A stretch of DNA of 64,000 bases from Armatimonadota bacterium (GTDB lineage Bacteria > Armatimonadota > Zipacnadia > Zipacnadales > JABUFB01), in assembly GCA_013314775.1 (NCBI GenBank), contig JABUFB010000008.1, positions 725,036 to 789,035 on the forward strand, given 5' to 3'. This document shows positions 28,836 through 37,858 of the stretch, in pieces. The notes beneath the pieces were generated by a model. That model was not told where the DNA came from and made no database searches. It saw nothing but the letters and a program-made list of their open reading frames with translations. Numbering within the stretch: position 1 is the stretch's first letter; every line of letters begins with the position of its first letter. Both the position numbers and the translations under genes were made by a program.

Positions 28836-31211
28836 TTGTCGTTACTGGACGAACTCAATCCTCAGCAGCGTCAGGCTGCCGAGGCAGTCGAAGGACCTGT
28901 TCTCATCATCGCCGGCGCCGGCAGCGGAAAGACCCGGGCGCTGACATACCGCATCGCCCACATGGTCCATGACCTCAAGATCCCGCCGGAAGCGATTCTC
29001 GCAGTCACTTTCACCAACAAGGCCGCGGGCGAGATGAAGGAGCGCATCCACAAGCTCACCGGCGATGCCGGCAAGGGTTTGTGGGTGGGTACATTCCATT
29101 CCATCTGCGCCCGTATCCTGCGCGCCCACGGGTCGGCCATCGGCATCCCCGACAATTACGTGATCTACGATGAGTCCGACCAGCGCTCCCTGATCCGCCA
29201 GGCGCTGTCAGTGCTGGACATCGACAGCAAGCAGTACAAGCCGGCGGAAATCCACTGGGCGATCAGTGCGGCGAAGAACGAACTCATCGGGCCCCAGGAA
29301 TACCGGCGTTCCAGCCGCGGACCTTTCGATCAGGTGGTGCGCCAGGTCTATCCACGCTACCAGCAGTCGCTGCGGGCCAACAATGCGCTGGATTTCGACG
29401 ACCTGCTCATGCGCACCGTGCAGCTTCTGCGTGAAAGTCCTGAGACTCTCAAGGTGTACCACGACCGCATCCGGTACATCCTGGTGGACGAGTTCCAGGA
29501 CATCAACCATGCTCAGAACGAGTTCATCAGGCTCATGGGGCAAGCCAGTCGGAACGTCTGCGTGGTGGGCGACGATGACCAGAGCATATACGGTTGGCGC
29601 GGGGCGAACATCGGGCTGATCCTGGACTTCGAGAGCCAGTACCCGGAGGCGCAGATTATTAAACTGGAGCAGAATTACCGGTCTACCCAGAAAATCCTGG
29701 AGTGCGCCTACGAAGTCATCCGACACAATGTTGATCGGCGCGAGAAGAAACTCTGGACCCAGAACCGTCCCGGGGAGAATGTGGTGCAGTATGAGGCCGT
29801 GGATGCCGAACAAGAGGCGGACTGGGTAGCGCAGACCATCCAGGCTCAGGTCAACTGCAGAATGACCAGCTTTGGCGACTACGCTATCCTGTACCGCGCC
29901 AATGCCATGTCCCGGGTGTTCGAAGAGGCCATGATGCGCCGGCGAATACCCTACGAGGTCGTGGGAGGCATCCGCTTCTATGAGCGCGCGGTAATCAAGG
30001 ATTTCATTGCATACCTGCGGGTAATCTTCAACCCTGCGGACGGCGTGTCCTTGAGCCGGATCATCAACGTCCCCGCCCGGGGCATCGGGGACAAGACCCT
30101 CTCCCACATCGACCGCATCGCCGCGGCCAACGGTATGAGCCTGTATGACGCGGTGCGGGTGGTCGCCTCCGACGAGAACCTGCGGCAGCGCGCAAGGGAC
30201 GCAGTCGCGGATTTCTACGATCTCATGGAGAGGCTGCGGCAGGTAGCCGCGGAGCAGTCTCTCACCGTGCTCTGCCGCAGTGTGGCCGAGATGTCCGGCT
30301 ACCTGCATGCTTTGGAAAGCAGCGAGACGGCGGAGGATCAGACCAAGGCCGAAGACCTGCGCGAATTCGTCTCCCTTGCTGAGCGGTTTGAGCGTGACCG
30401 CCCCGATGCCGACCTTGGCAGCTTTCTGGAGCACATCTCGCTCCTGTCAGACCTGGACGAGGCGCAGGAGATCGGTAGCAAAGTATCGCTCATGACCCTC
30501 CACGCTTCAAAAGGGCTGGAGTTTCCGGTGGTGTTCATGGTGGGCATGGAGGAGGGCATTTTTCCTCACCAGCGCAGTCTCGGAGAGGAGCACGAACTCG
30601 CGGAAGAACGCCGGCTCTGTTACGTTGGGATGACCCGGGCCCAGAGCCTGCTGTACCTCACCCATGCGTACAATCGTGTCATCTACGGGCAGCCCCAGCT
30701 CATGCGGCCCTCGCGGTTCCTGGCCGACCTGCCCGACCAACTGGTAGACCGGCAGGTCACCCTCGCCAACCTGGTGTCCAGTTCGGTCCTCGGGGATGAT
30801 GACGACGGCGAAGAACAGGAGGTCGGTGGGCGGAAGATCGATATGACCGAGCTCCTGTCCCGCGCCCGGGCGAACATGGAGAAAGCGCGAGATCGGCAGC
30901 GACAGGAGGCCGCGGCGCAGGCCGAAGGGACGCCTCGACGGCCGAAAAGCAGTCGAGAGGAGCGGCGCCGGGAACGCGAAGCGAAGGCGGCGCCAGAGAG
31001 CAAACGAGAACGCGGCGCGGGGACCGCGCCGGCTGCGGACGCATCCGGCATCGAGTACAAGTCCGGTGACCGCGTGCGTCACAGGACATTCGGCGAGGGG
31101 TTGGTGGTGCAGGTCAGGGGAAGCGGTGTGGACATGGAGCTTGTGGTGGCATTCGCCGGCAAGGGTGTGAAGACGCTACTGGCGGAGGTTGCGCCCATCG
31201 AGAAGGTGTAG
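28836..31211 (+). CDS. ATP-dependent DNA helicase of the UvrD/PcrA/Rep family, with an extended charged linker and a C-terminal Tudor-like domain
   Basis: Walker A AGAGSGKT, helicase motifs (TFTNKAAGEM, VDEFQD, GDDDQSIYGWRGA). TTG start with an in-frame TGA immediately upstream. Confidence 0.9.
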   Translation: MSLLDELNPQQRQAAEAVEGPVLIIAGAGSGKTRALTYRIAHMVHDLKIPPEAILAVTFTNKAAGEMKERIHKLTGDAGKGLWVGTFHSICARILRAHGSAIGIPDNYVIYDESDQRSLIRQALSVLDIDSKQYKPAEIHWAISAAKNELIGPQEYRRSSRGPFDQVVRQVYPRYQQSLRANNALDFDDLLMRTVQLLRESPETLKVYHDRIRYILVDEFQDINHAQNEFIRLMGQASRNVCVVGDDDQSIYGWRGANIGLILDFESQYPEAQIIKLEQNYRSTQKILECAYEVIRHNVDRREKKLWTQNRPGENVVQYEAVDAEQEADWVAQTIQAQVNCRMTSFGDYAILYRANAMSRVFEEAMMRRRIPYEVVGGIRFYERAVIKDFIAYLRVIFNPADGVSLSRIINVPARGIGDKTLSHIDRIAAANGMSLYDAVRVVASDENLRQRARDAVADFYDLMERLRQVAAEQSLTVLCRSVAEMSGYLHALESSETAEDQTKAEDLREFVSLAERFERDRPDADLGSFLEHISLLSDLDEAQEIGSKVSLMTLHASKGLEFPVVFMVGMEEGIFPHQRSLGEEHELAEERRLCYVGMTRAQSLLYLTHAYNRVIYGQPQLMRPSRFLADLPDQLVDRQVTLANLVSSSVLGDDDDGEEQEVGGRKIDMTELLSRARANMEKARDRQRQEAAAQAEGTPRRPKSSREERRREREAKAAPESKRERGAGTAPAADASGIEYKSGDRVRHRTFGEGLVVQVRGSGVDMELVVAFAGKGVKTLLAEVAPIEKV

Positions 31212-31265
31212 CCGCGGGTCACGTGGAATTGTGCGGCAGCTCGTGCCTGCTGCCTCAAGACCCTC

Positions 31266-33275
31266 ATGCTTGCCGCACTGATTCTGGAGATTCGGAGCCC
31301 CACCGCGTTGAAAATACTCGCCGCGACCTCGCCTCCTGTTTCCAACGATCCCGGGGCAAGGGGCGTCACTCCCCGGGCTGTGATCCTTGCCTGCATACTG
31401 CTGCCGGCGAACGCCTACTGGATCACCCAGATGGCCGTGGTGCGGTACGAGGGCCACCCAACCACGGTTTCGCTGTTCTTCAACGCCGTCTTCATACTCT
31501 TCTCGCTGGTGCTGATCAACTCCGGCATCCGTCGACTCTTCCCGCGCCGTGCGCTGCACCGCAATGAACTGCTAGTGATCTACTGCATGGTCTGCGTGGC
31601 CTCGGCGCTTTGTGGGCACGACCTGATCCAAGTGGTCACTCCGCAGATTGTGATGCCCTTCTGGCTGGCAAGCCCGGAGAATAAGTGGGAAGACCTCTTC
31701 TTCCAGTACCTGCCGCAGCACCTGACCATCAGCGACCCGGATATTTACGAGCCTGCATTCGAGGGCGGCACGACGCTGTATACCATGGAGCGCATAAAGG
31801 CCTGGGCCGTGCCGGTCGCGAACTGGGGTCTGTTTCTCATCGTCCTGAGCACCATGATGCTGGCGATGAACTCTCTGCTTCGCAAGCGTTGGATGGACCG
31901 GGAAAAGCTGACCTACCCCATCACCCACATGCCCCTGGAGCTGACCCAGCCGGGCGTCCCCCTCTTGCGCAACAAGTTCATGTGGATGGGATTCGCAGTC
32001 GCCGCGGCGATCACGCTCATCAACGGCTTTCACGAACTGTGGCCCGCGATCCCGCTCATCAAAGTGCGCGTGGTCCACTATGATGCGTACATGTCCACGC
32101 TGTTCCGGACGTATCCGTGGAACGCCCTCGGCGGGACGCGTATCTCCTTCTACCCCTTCGCGGTAGGCCTGGGCCTCCTGCTTCCCCTGGACCTGGCGTT
32201 TTCATGCTGGTTCTTCTATCTCTTCTGGAAGGGGCAGCGGCTTGTCTCCGCGATGCTCGGGTTGAGCCAGATCCCACGTTTCCCGTACGCCGATCAGCAG
32301 GCTTCGGCGGCATATATCGGACTGGCAGTTTTTGCGCTGTGGATGGCCAGGGGACACATCAAGGATATCTGGCTGGGTCTGGTGGGCCGATCGCCAATCA
32401 ACGACAAGGGTGAGCCGATGGGCTACCCCCTGGCGATGTGGGTGTTGGGGGGCGGCGCGGCGTTTCTTGCGCTTTTCGCGGCGCGCATGGGCATGTGGAT
32501 GTGGGTCGCAACACTGCTCTTTGGCATCTACTTCCTGATCTCTCTGACGGTGGCACGCGTTCGGGCTGAACTTGGCCCGCCTGCCCATGATTTGCACAAT
32601 GGCGGCCCGGACCTCATCCTCACGAACCTGTTCGGCACAAGCACGGCTGTCTTCGACGCCCGCCAGTTGACTGTGCTCGAAATGTGCTACTGGTTCAACC
32701 GAGCCTACCGCGCACACCCCATGCCGATCCAGCTTGAGTCCTTCAAGATCGCGCAGACGTCGGGAATCCCCCAGTCCGCGATGGCGCTGGCCCTTACCAT
32801 CGCCACGGTTATCGGCGTGTTTGCCGCTTTCTGGGCACAGGTCCACAACTACTACAGCTATGGGATGGCGGCGAAAATGAGTTTTGTCGCCCAGACTTTC
32901 GGGCGCGAGCCATTCCAGCGTCTTGCAGGCTGGCTACAGGCGCCATACGGCACTCGCTGGCCCGAAATCGGCGCCTACGCAGTGGGATTCGTCTTCTCAC
33001 TGCTTCTCATGTTTCTGCGCGTGAACTTCATCTGGTGGCCCTTCCACCCTGTCGGCTATGCAATCTCGGGCAGTTGGTCGATGAACTGCCTGTGGCTCCC
33101 CATTTTCATCGCCTGGCTCATCAAGTTAGTCATGCTGCGCTACGGCGGGTTCAAGATGTTCCAGTCGGCGATTCCCGCCGCCCTGGGACTGGTCCTGGGC
33201 GAGTTCATTCTCGGAAGCCTGTGGACCCTGATTGGGATCATTTTCCAGATACGCACGTACGCATTCTGGGTGTGA
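31266..33275 (+). CDS. Large polytopic integral membrane protein of unknown function (at least 12 predicted hydrophobic helices)
   Basis: 669-aa ORF with repeated 20-25 aa hydrophobic stretches (e.g. VSLFFNAVFILFSLVLI, WGLFLIVLSTMMLAM, GGAAFLALFAARMGMWMWVATLLFGIYFLISL). No recognisable transporter motifs. Confidence 0.55.
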   Translation: MLAALILEIRSPTALKILAATSPPVSNDPGARGVTPRAVILACILLPANAYWITQMAVVRYEGHPTTVSLFFNAVFILFSLVLINSGIRRLFPRRALHRNELLVIYCMVCVASALCGHDLIQVVTPQIVMPFWLASPENKWEDLFFQYLPQHLTISDPDIYEPAFEGGTTLYTMERIKAWAVPVANWGLFLIVLSTMMLAMNSLLRKRWMDREKLTYPITHMPLELTQPGVPLLRNKFMWMGFAVAAAITLINGFHELWPAIPLIKVRVVHYDAYMSTLFRTYPWNALGGTRISFYPFAVGLGLLLPLDLAFSCWFFYLFWKGQRLVSAMLGLSQIPRFPYADQQASAAYIGLAVFALWMARGHIKDIWLGLVGRSPINDKGEPMGYPLAMWVLGGGAAFLALFAARMGMWMWVATLLFGIYFLISLTVARVRAELGPPAHDLHNGGPDLILTNLFGTSTAVFDARQLTVLEMCYWFNRAYRAHPMPIQLESFKIAQTSGIPQSAMALALTIATVIGVFAAFWAQVHNYYSYGMAAKMSFVAQTFGREPFQRLAGWLQAPYGTRWPEIGAYAVGFVFSLLLMFLRVNFIWWPFHPVGYAISGSWSMNCLWLPIFIAWLIKLVMLRYGGFKMFQSAIPAALGLVLGEFILGSLWTLIGIIFQIRTYAFWV

Positions 33276-33312
33276 TTGCGAGCTATCGCCTTTGCACACG
33301 AAGTTGAGAGCC

Positions 33313-34692
33313 ATGCATCGACTCGCCACAACACGGCCGCTGCCGGTGCTAATCGCCATTTTCGCGTGCGCGCTAAGCAGCCGCCTCGCCGCGCAGATCA
33401 CCGGCGTCACCGCGCAGGGGGCGGATCTCGTGACGCCTCCCCACTCCACGAACGACGTAGTGCTCGTCTATGGTCTTGGCTTCCCCTTCCAGGTTGCGCC
33501 CGACAGGGCGGCGGTTTTCTGCAATGTCCGTGTCGAGGGCATAAACGTCACGGACTACGAGAACGGGACAGATGTCATCGTCTTCAACGACCTCGAGGCG
33601 ATTAGCGCCGACGACGCGGTCGCGATCTCTCGCAACGAGCGCGAGACCGGCGCTGATGGCGAAAAGCGTCTTGTGGTGAAGTTCCCGATCATCGGCGGGT
33701 TCGTCCCGCAAGGGGCGCTCCGTGAGGACGGCACCCCTCACCCTCACGCAGGCAGCGGCTTCGGGCTCTGCCAGGCCATCTCTTTCCCCGTGGACGAGAA
33801 CGGTCACTTCAGCTGGAGTACGAAGTACATCCACCGTAGTGAGGTTCACCAGTTCACATACGGCGGCGAGGGCTTCCGGTCAGTGCGTTCATCATCAGGG
33901 CTGGAGCAGACGCACCCGACGGTGGGTGTCTGGCGGATCGTGGCGCCCGGGATCACAAACGCCATCCCGGACGGCGATGATCTGCTCCTGGCAGTCAGCG
34001 CCACCGACGGGTCCGGACAAGTGACCGGTGTATCGCGCTGGGCTCGCAGTCAATCCCGGTGGCGACCCGTCGCTTTCTCGCCCGTAACTCCGCCCGGTGA
34101 GGGTTGGGCCGAACCGAGCCTTGTCCGCGACAAGGACGGTGCCCTGCTCTTCACCACCAGGGGCTCGGGTGGCGAGCGGTACGGCCAAGTTCAGGTGTGG
34201 CGTAAGAACGGCGAGGGTCCACAATGGCGCCTGGTGGTGAGCACCCCTGACGTCCGCGTCTGGCACAAGCAGGACGATGGCCTGGAATGGGGCACGGTGA
34301 TCAAGCTGGCGGGCGCACACAACTCCGGTCCGATCTCCATCGGATCCGCAGCGGACGGCACTCCGTATATCGCTGCTAACCTGTCCGGCAGTGGACGTGA
34401 GACACTGTGCATCTGGCCCCTGAACGCCGAACGCATGGACCTCGAGAAACCACTTACGGTGCGGGCCGCCCGAGATGAGTTCGGTCCGGCTCCCGGTGGA
34501 GGGGCCTGGATGGTCGATCATCCCTCCGGTGCGGTGCTGCGACTGGCGGACGGCCGGTGGCACGGCGTCCTTGCCTACCGCGTGCTGGGGGACGCCGAGC
34601 ACAAAGGCGCCCTCCCCACGGCTAAGACCGGCTGCTATCTCGAGGAAATAGCTTCCTCCGGGCCCCCTCTGCCGCCCTGGCGGTTCGAATGA
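33313..34692 (+). CDS. Secreted hypothetical protein (signal peptide; possibly a beta-propeller / BNR-like fold)
   Basis: MHRLATTRPLPVLIAIFACALSSRLAAQ signal peptide. Gly/Asp/Trp-rich repeats of weak BNR-like character (e.g. SATDGSGQ, RDKDGALLF). Confidence 0.45.
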   Translation: MHRLATTRPLPVLIAIFACALSSRLAAQITGVTAQGADLVTPPHSTNDVVLVYGLGFPFQVAPDRAAVFCNVRVEGINVTDYENGTDVIVFNDLEAISADDAVAISRNERETGADGEKRLVVKFPIIGGFVPQGALREDGTPHPHAGSGFGLCQAISFPVDENGHFSWSTKYIHRSEVHQFTYGGEGFRSVRSSSGLEQTHPTVGVWRIVAPGITNAIPDGDDLLLAVSATDGSGQVTGVSRWARSQSRWRPVAFSPVTPPGEGWAEPSLVRDKDGALLFTTRGSGGERYGQVQVWRKNGEGPQWRLVVSTPDVRVWHKQDDGLEWGTVIKLAGAHNSGPISIGSAADGTPYIAANLSGSGRETLCIWPLNAERMDLEKPLTVRAARDEFGPAPGGGAWMVDHPSGAVLRLADGRWHGVLAYRVLGDAEHKGALPTAKTGCYLEEIASSGPPLPPWRFE

Positions 34693-34739
34693 TACCCCTC
34701 CGATGCATGTTATGGCCATCGACTCCGGTGAACTACCTA

Positions 34740-34790
34740 TTGACACCGAACGTCATCTACTATATCTTATAGTAGATACTACACAGCTCA
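34740..34790 (+). promoter_or_regulatory. AT-rich promoter/operator candidate: TTGACA, 17-nt spacer, TATCTT, overlapping a perfect 8-bp inverted repeat CTACTATA-TCT-TATAGTAG
   Basis: An AT-rich island unusual in a 64% GC background, 40-70 nt upstream of the lipoprotein gene, which has an AAGGAGG RBS. Confidence 0.45.
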
Positions 34791-34811
34791 GTCGGCAAGG
34801 AGGGTCCCCCG

Positions 34812-35423
34812 ATGACATACAGGCCCCGGAACGGCGGAAATATCAGTTCGCCCGGTATCGCGCTCCTGGTCCTTGGCGCCTGCGTGTTCGTCCCCGTGTT
34901 GTTCAGCGGATGCTCGAGCGATGACGAGACCACCTTCGTAGACTGCGAACCGCGATACCACAACCTGACTATCATCCTCCAGGTGCATGATCTGGCTGGC
35001 GACGCCCTGGGGGAGGTTACGGTCTGGGTCGATGGCGTCGCGCAGAACGCCCGGACAAGCTGGCAATTCGTCTCTCTCGGCAACCAGTATCCGCCGGAAT
35101 GGCGTGGGTTCCTGGCGAACTGGATCTTCTCGGGCTTCACCGTGGCCACCTACCGCGCCGATGACCTGGAGACAGTGACGGTGGTTGTGACCAAGCCAGG
35201 CTACCAGCCGCAGGGTACGGTGTTTTACGTGGCTGACGATCTGCCAAGCCAGGTCTACGCCCGGGAGACTTTCACGATGCTGCCCACGGCTTTCCCGGCG
35301 GGTGCCGAAGGTACGGATGAGATAAAGCCCATCATGAAAGACGAGCCCGGCGAGGTCATTGGCTGGGAAAAGCCTGCAACCACGGGAGCGACCAATTCGA
35401 TGTTCAAGATCGCGGGGCTATAG
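34812..35423 (+). CDS. Hypothetical lipoprotein
   Basis: N-terminal hydrophobic segment ending in the lipobox LFSGC. AAGGAGG RBS 8 nt upstream. Confidence 0.55.
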   Translation: MTYRPRNGGNISSPGIALLVLGACVFVPVLFSGCSSDDETTFVDCEPRYHNLTIILQVHDLAGDALGEVTVWVDGVAQNARTSWQFVSLGNQYPPEWRGFLANWIFSGFTVATYRADDLETVTVVVTKPGYQPQGTVFYVADDLPSQVYARETFTMLPTAFPAGAEGTDEIKPIMKDEPGEVIGWEKPATTGATNSMFKIAGL

Positions 35424-35466
35424 CCGCTCACGCTCGGTTGACGGGCGCGATCAGGTGACGAAAAGC

Positions 35467-35510
35467 AGACGCCGCGGATTGCAGACCAGTCCGCGGCGTC
35501 TTTGGTGTTT
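35467..35510. terminator. Bidirectional intrinsic terminator (12-bp stem AGACGCCGCGGA / TCCGCGGCGTCT followed by TTGGTGTTTCATT)
   Basis: Perfect inverted repeat plus a U-rich tract, between convergent genes ending at 35423 (plus) and 35528 (minus). Confidence 0.65.
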
Positions 35511-35527
35511 CATTGGGCAATGTATCG

Positions 35528-36124
35528 TCAGCGTTGGGCAAGAATGGCCTTGAAATCCCGCCGGAAGGCCTGCAACGCCTTCCCTCGATGACTTACCTGG
35601 CTTTTCTCCGCGCGGCTCAGCCGGGCGAAAGTGCACCCCGCCGGCGGGTAGATGAACACGGGGTCGAAGCCGAACCCGTTGTCGCCCTCGGGCGCATCGG
35701 AGATGAACCCTTCCACAGTCTCCTGCCACGTGCCCAGAATCCCCTCGGGAGACGCGAGCGCAATGCAGCAGACGAACCGCGCCTGGCGATCCTCGGGCGC
35801 GACCCCCTCAAGGCGCTGGAGCAACCACGCGATGCGTTCGGGATCAGTCTCCGCAACGCGCGCCGACTTCACGCCGGGTTCGCCATTGAGCGCATCCACC
35901 TCCAGGCCACTGTCATCGGCGACGGCCCAGTGCCCGGTGGCTGCGGCGATGACCAGAGCCTTTTCACAGGCATTCGCGCAGAAGGTATCGTGAGGCTCTT
36001 CTACTTCCGGCGCGTCCGGAAAGTCCGCGAGCGAGACCACCTCCACGGCCAGCCCATCCAACAGTTCCGCGATTTCCCGAAACTTGCCCTGATTCCGGGT
36101 GGCGACCACGAGCCGCTCCAGCAT
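35528..36124 (-). CDS. rdgB: Non-canonical purine NTP pyrophosphatase (dITP/XTP pyrophosphatase, RdgB/Ham1 family)
   Basis: MLERLVVATRNQGKFREI..., FGFDPVF and SHRG motifs. ATG at 36124. The longer track ORF to 36250 has a non-homologous basic N-terminal extension. Confidence 0.85.
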   Translation of the reverse strand: MLERLVVATRNQGKFREIAELLDGLAVEVVSLADFPDAPEVEEPHDTFCANACEKALVIAAATGHWAVADDSGLEVDALNGEPGVKSARVAETDPERIAWLLQRLEGVAPEDRQARFVCCIALASPEGILGTWQETVEGFISDAPEGDNGFGFDPVFIYPPAGCTFARLSRAEKSQVSHRGKALQAFRRDFKAILAQR

Positions 36125-36125
36125 G

Positions 36126-37094
36126 CTATCCGGCCCCGTGCCTTTCGATGATTTCGTCGATCTGAGCCAGCTGCTCGGGAGTGAGGGTCCAACCGGATGC
36201 CGCCGCTGTCTCTTGAATCTGGGCGGGTCGCTTGGCACCAGCGAGGGCACAGGTCAGGCCGGGCTGGGCGAGAACCCAGGCCAGCGCGAGCTGAGCCGCG
36301 GTGCGTCCCTGAGCCTCCGCCATCGCAGCCAGTTCCCGCACAGCTGCCACGTTTCTCGCGAGGCGCTCGCCCTTGAACATAGGGGAACTTGAGCGGGCAT
36401 CAGACTCCGGGAAGGTCGCATTCTCGTCATACTTTCCGGTGAGCAATCCGCGCGCCATGGGACTGTACGCCAGCACGCCGATGTTGTGCTCGCGGCAGAA
36501 TGGGAGTATTTCCGCCTCGATGTCCCGGGTGAGCATGCTGTAGGGCGGCTGGAGGGAGTGCAGTGGGCAGACTTCCATGAACTCGGACATCTGCTCCACG
36601 CTGTAGTTGGAGACACCGACAGCCCTGATCTTCCCGCTGTCCAGGCAGGCCTTCATCGCGGCGGCGGTGTCCTTGATCGGCACGTCAGGGTCGGGCCAGT
36701 GAACCTGGAACAGGTCGATGTAATCTGTCTCCAGGCGGTCGAGACTGTCCTCAAGACTGCTCGCAATGTACTCGGGCGAACTGTTGCGGGTGATGTTCTG
36801 GTCTGCGTCCCACTGCAGTCCGGTCTTCGTGGCGATGATGACCTGGTCTCGAGGCAAGCCGGCGATGCCCTGCGCGAGGACCCGTTCCGAATGCCCGCAG
36901 CCGTAGGCCTGAGCGGTGTCGTAGAAATTGATCCCCAGCGAGAAGGCCAGCTTGACGGCGGCAACGGATTCCTCGTCGACGACGTCGTCACCCCAGAAAG
37001 CATGGCCCATCGCCCAACAGCCGTACCCCACTGTTGAGATGTTCAGATCACTTGCGCCCAGCTTGCGATACTCCAACCTGGAGCCCTCCTTCAT
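36126..37094 (-). CDS. Aldo/keto reductase family oxidoreductase
   Basis: GYGCWAMG..., IDLFQVHWPD and ...GVSNYS... AKR signatures. Confidence 0.85.
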   Translation of the reverse strand: MKEGSRLEYRKLGASDLNISTVGYGCWAMGHAFWGDDVVDEESVAAVKLAFSLGINFYDTAQAYGCGHSERVLAQGIAGLPRDQVIIATKTGLQWDADQNITRNSSPEYIASSLEDSLDRLETDYIDLFQVHWPDPDVPIKDTAAAMKACLDSGKIRAVGVSNYSVEQMSEFMEVCPLHSLQPPYSMLTRDIEAEILPFCREHNIGVLAYSPMARGLLTGKYDENATFPESDARSSSPMFKGERLARNVAAVRELAAMAEAQGRTAAQLALAWVLAQPGLTCALAGAKRPAQIQETAAASGWTLTPEQLAQIDEIIERHGAG

Positions 37095-37819
37095 TCGCCC
37101 AGTCGGGCGATAGCTTCCGCCTGTTTCGCCATGAGCGCTCTGATTCCGTCCTGCCCGAGACTCATCATCTGGTTCAGCTGCTCGAAGCTGAAGGCGCCAT
37201 CCTCGGCGGTGGCCTGGATCTCCACGATCTTCCCCTCACCGGTCATGATCAGATTCAGGTCCACACCGGCCTTGCTGTCTTCTTCGAAACAAAGGTCCAG
37301 CATGGGTTCGCCGGCAACGATCCCCACCGAGACCGCGGCCACCTGAGTGACCAGCGGACTGCGCTTGATAACGCGGCGCTTCTCCAAGTTCTTTGTGGCT
37401 TGCGCAAGAGCCACATAGGCACCGGTGATGGAGGCTGTCCGGGTGCCGCCGTCAGCCTGGAGCACGTCGCAGTCGAGAGTGATGGTGCGCTGCCCGAGAA
37501 GCTTCAAGTCGCACGCGGCCCGCAGTGCGCGACCGATGAGACGCTGGATCTCGAGAGTGCGCCCCCCCTGTTTGCCAGTCGCCGCCTCGCGGCTGGAGCG
37601 TTCGGAGGTCGCTCGCGGAAGCATTCCGTACTCTGCGGTGATCCAGCCCTGGTCGGAGTCCATGAGCCACCGGGGCACGCGGTCCTCAATGGAGGCAGTC
37701 ACGTGCACTTTGGTGTCGCCCTGCACGATGAGACACGAGCCTTCCGCGTATTTATTTACACCCACCAGCAGCTTGATGTCTCGAAGGTCAGCGTTGCCAC
37801 GTCCGTCAGATCGAATCAA
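37091..37819 (-). CDS. rph: Ribonuclease PH
   Basis: MIRSDGRGNADLRDIKL..., AEYGMLPRAT and QADGGTRTASITGA motifs. Lies in the classic rph-rdgB neighbourhood. Confidence 0.9.
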   Translation of the reverse strand: MIRSDGRGNADLRDIKLLVGVNKYAEGSCLIVQGDTKVHVTASIEDRVPRWLMDSDQGWITAEYGMLPRATSERSSREAATGKQGGRTLEIQRLIGRALRAACDLKLLGQRTITLDCDVLQADGGTRTASITGAYVALAQATKNLEKRRVIKRSPLVTQVAAVSVGIVAGEPMLDLCFEEDSKAGVDLNLIMTGEGKIVEIQATAEDGAFSFEQLNQMMSLGQDGIRALMAKQAEAIARLGE

Positions 37820-37858
37820 AGCGTCTCGTTCCTTCCCGGTAATTGTTTCGTGCTGGGA

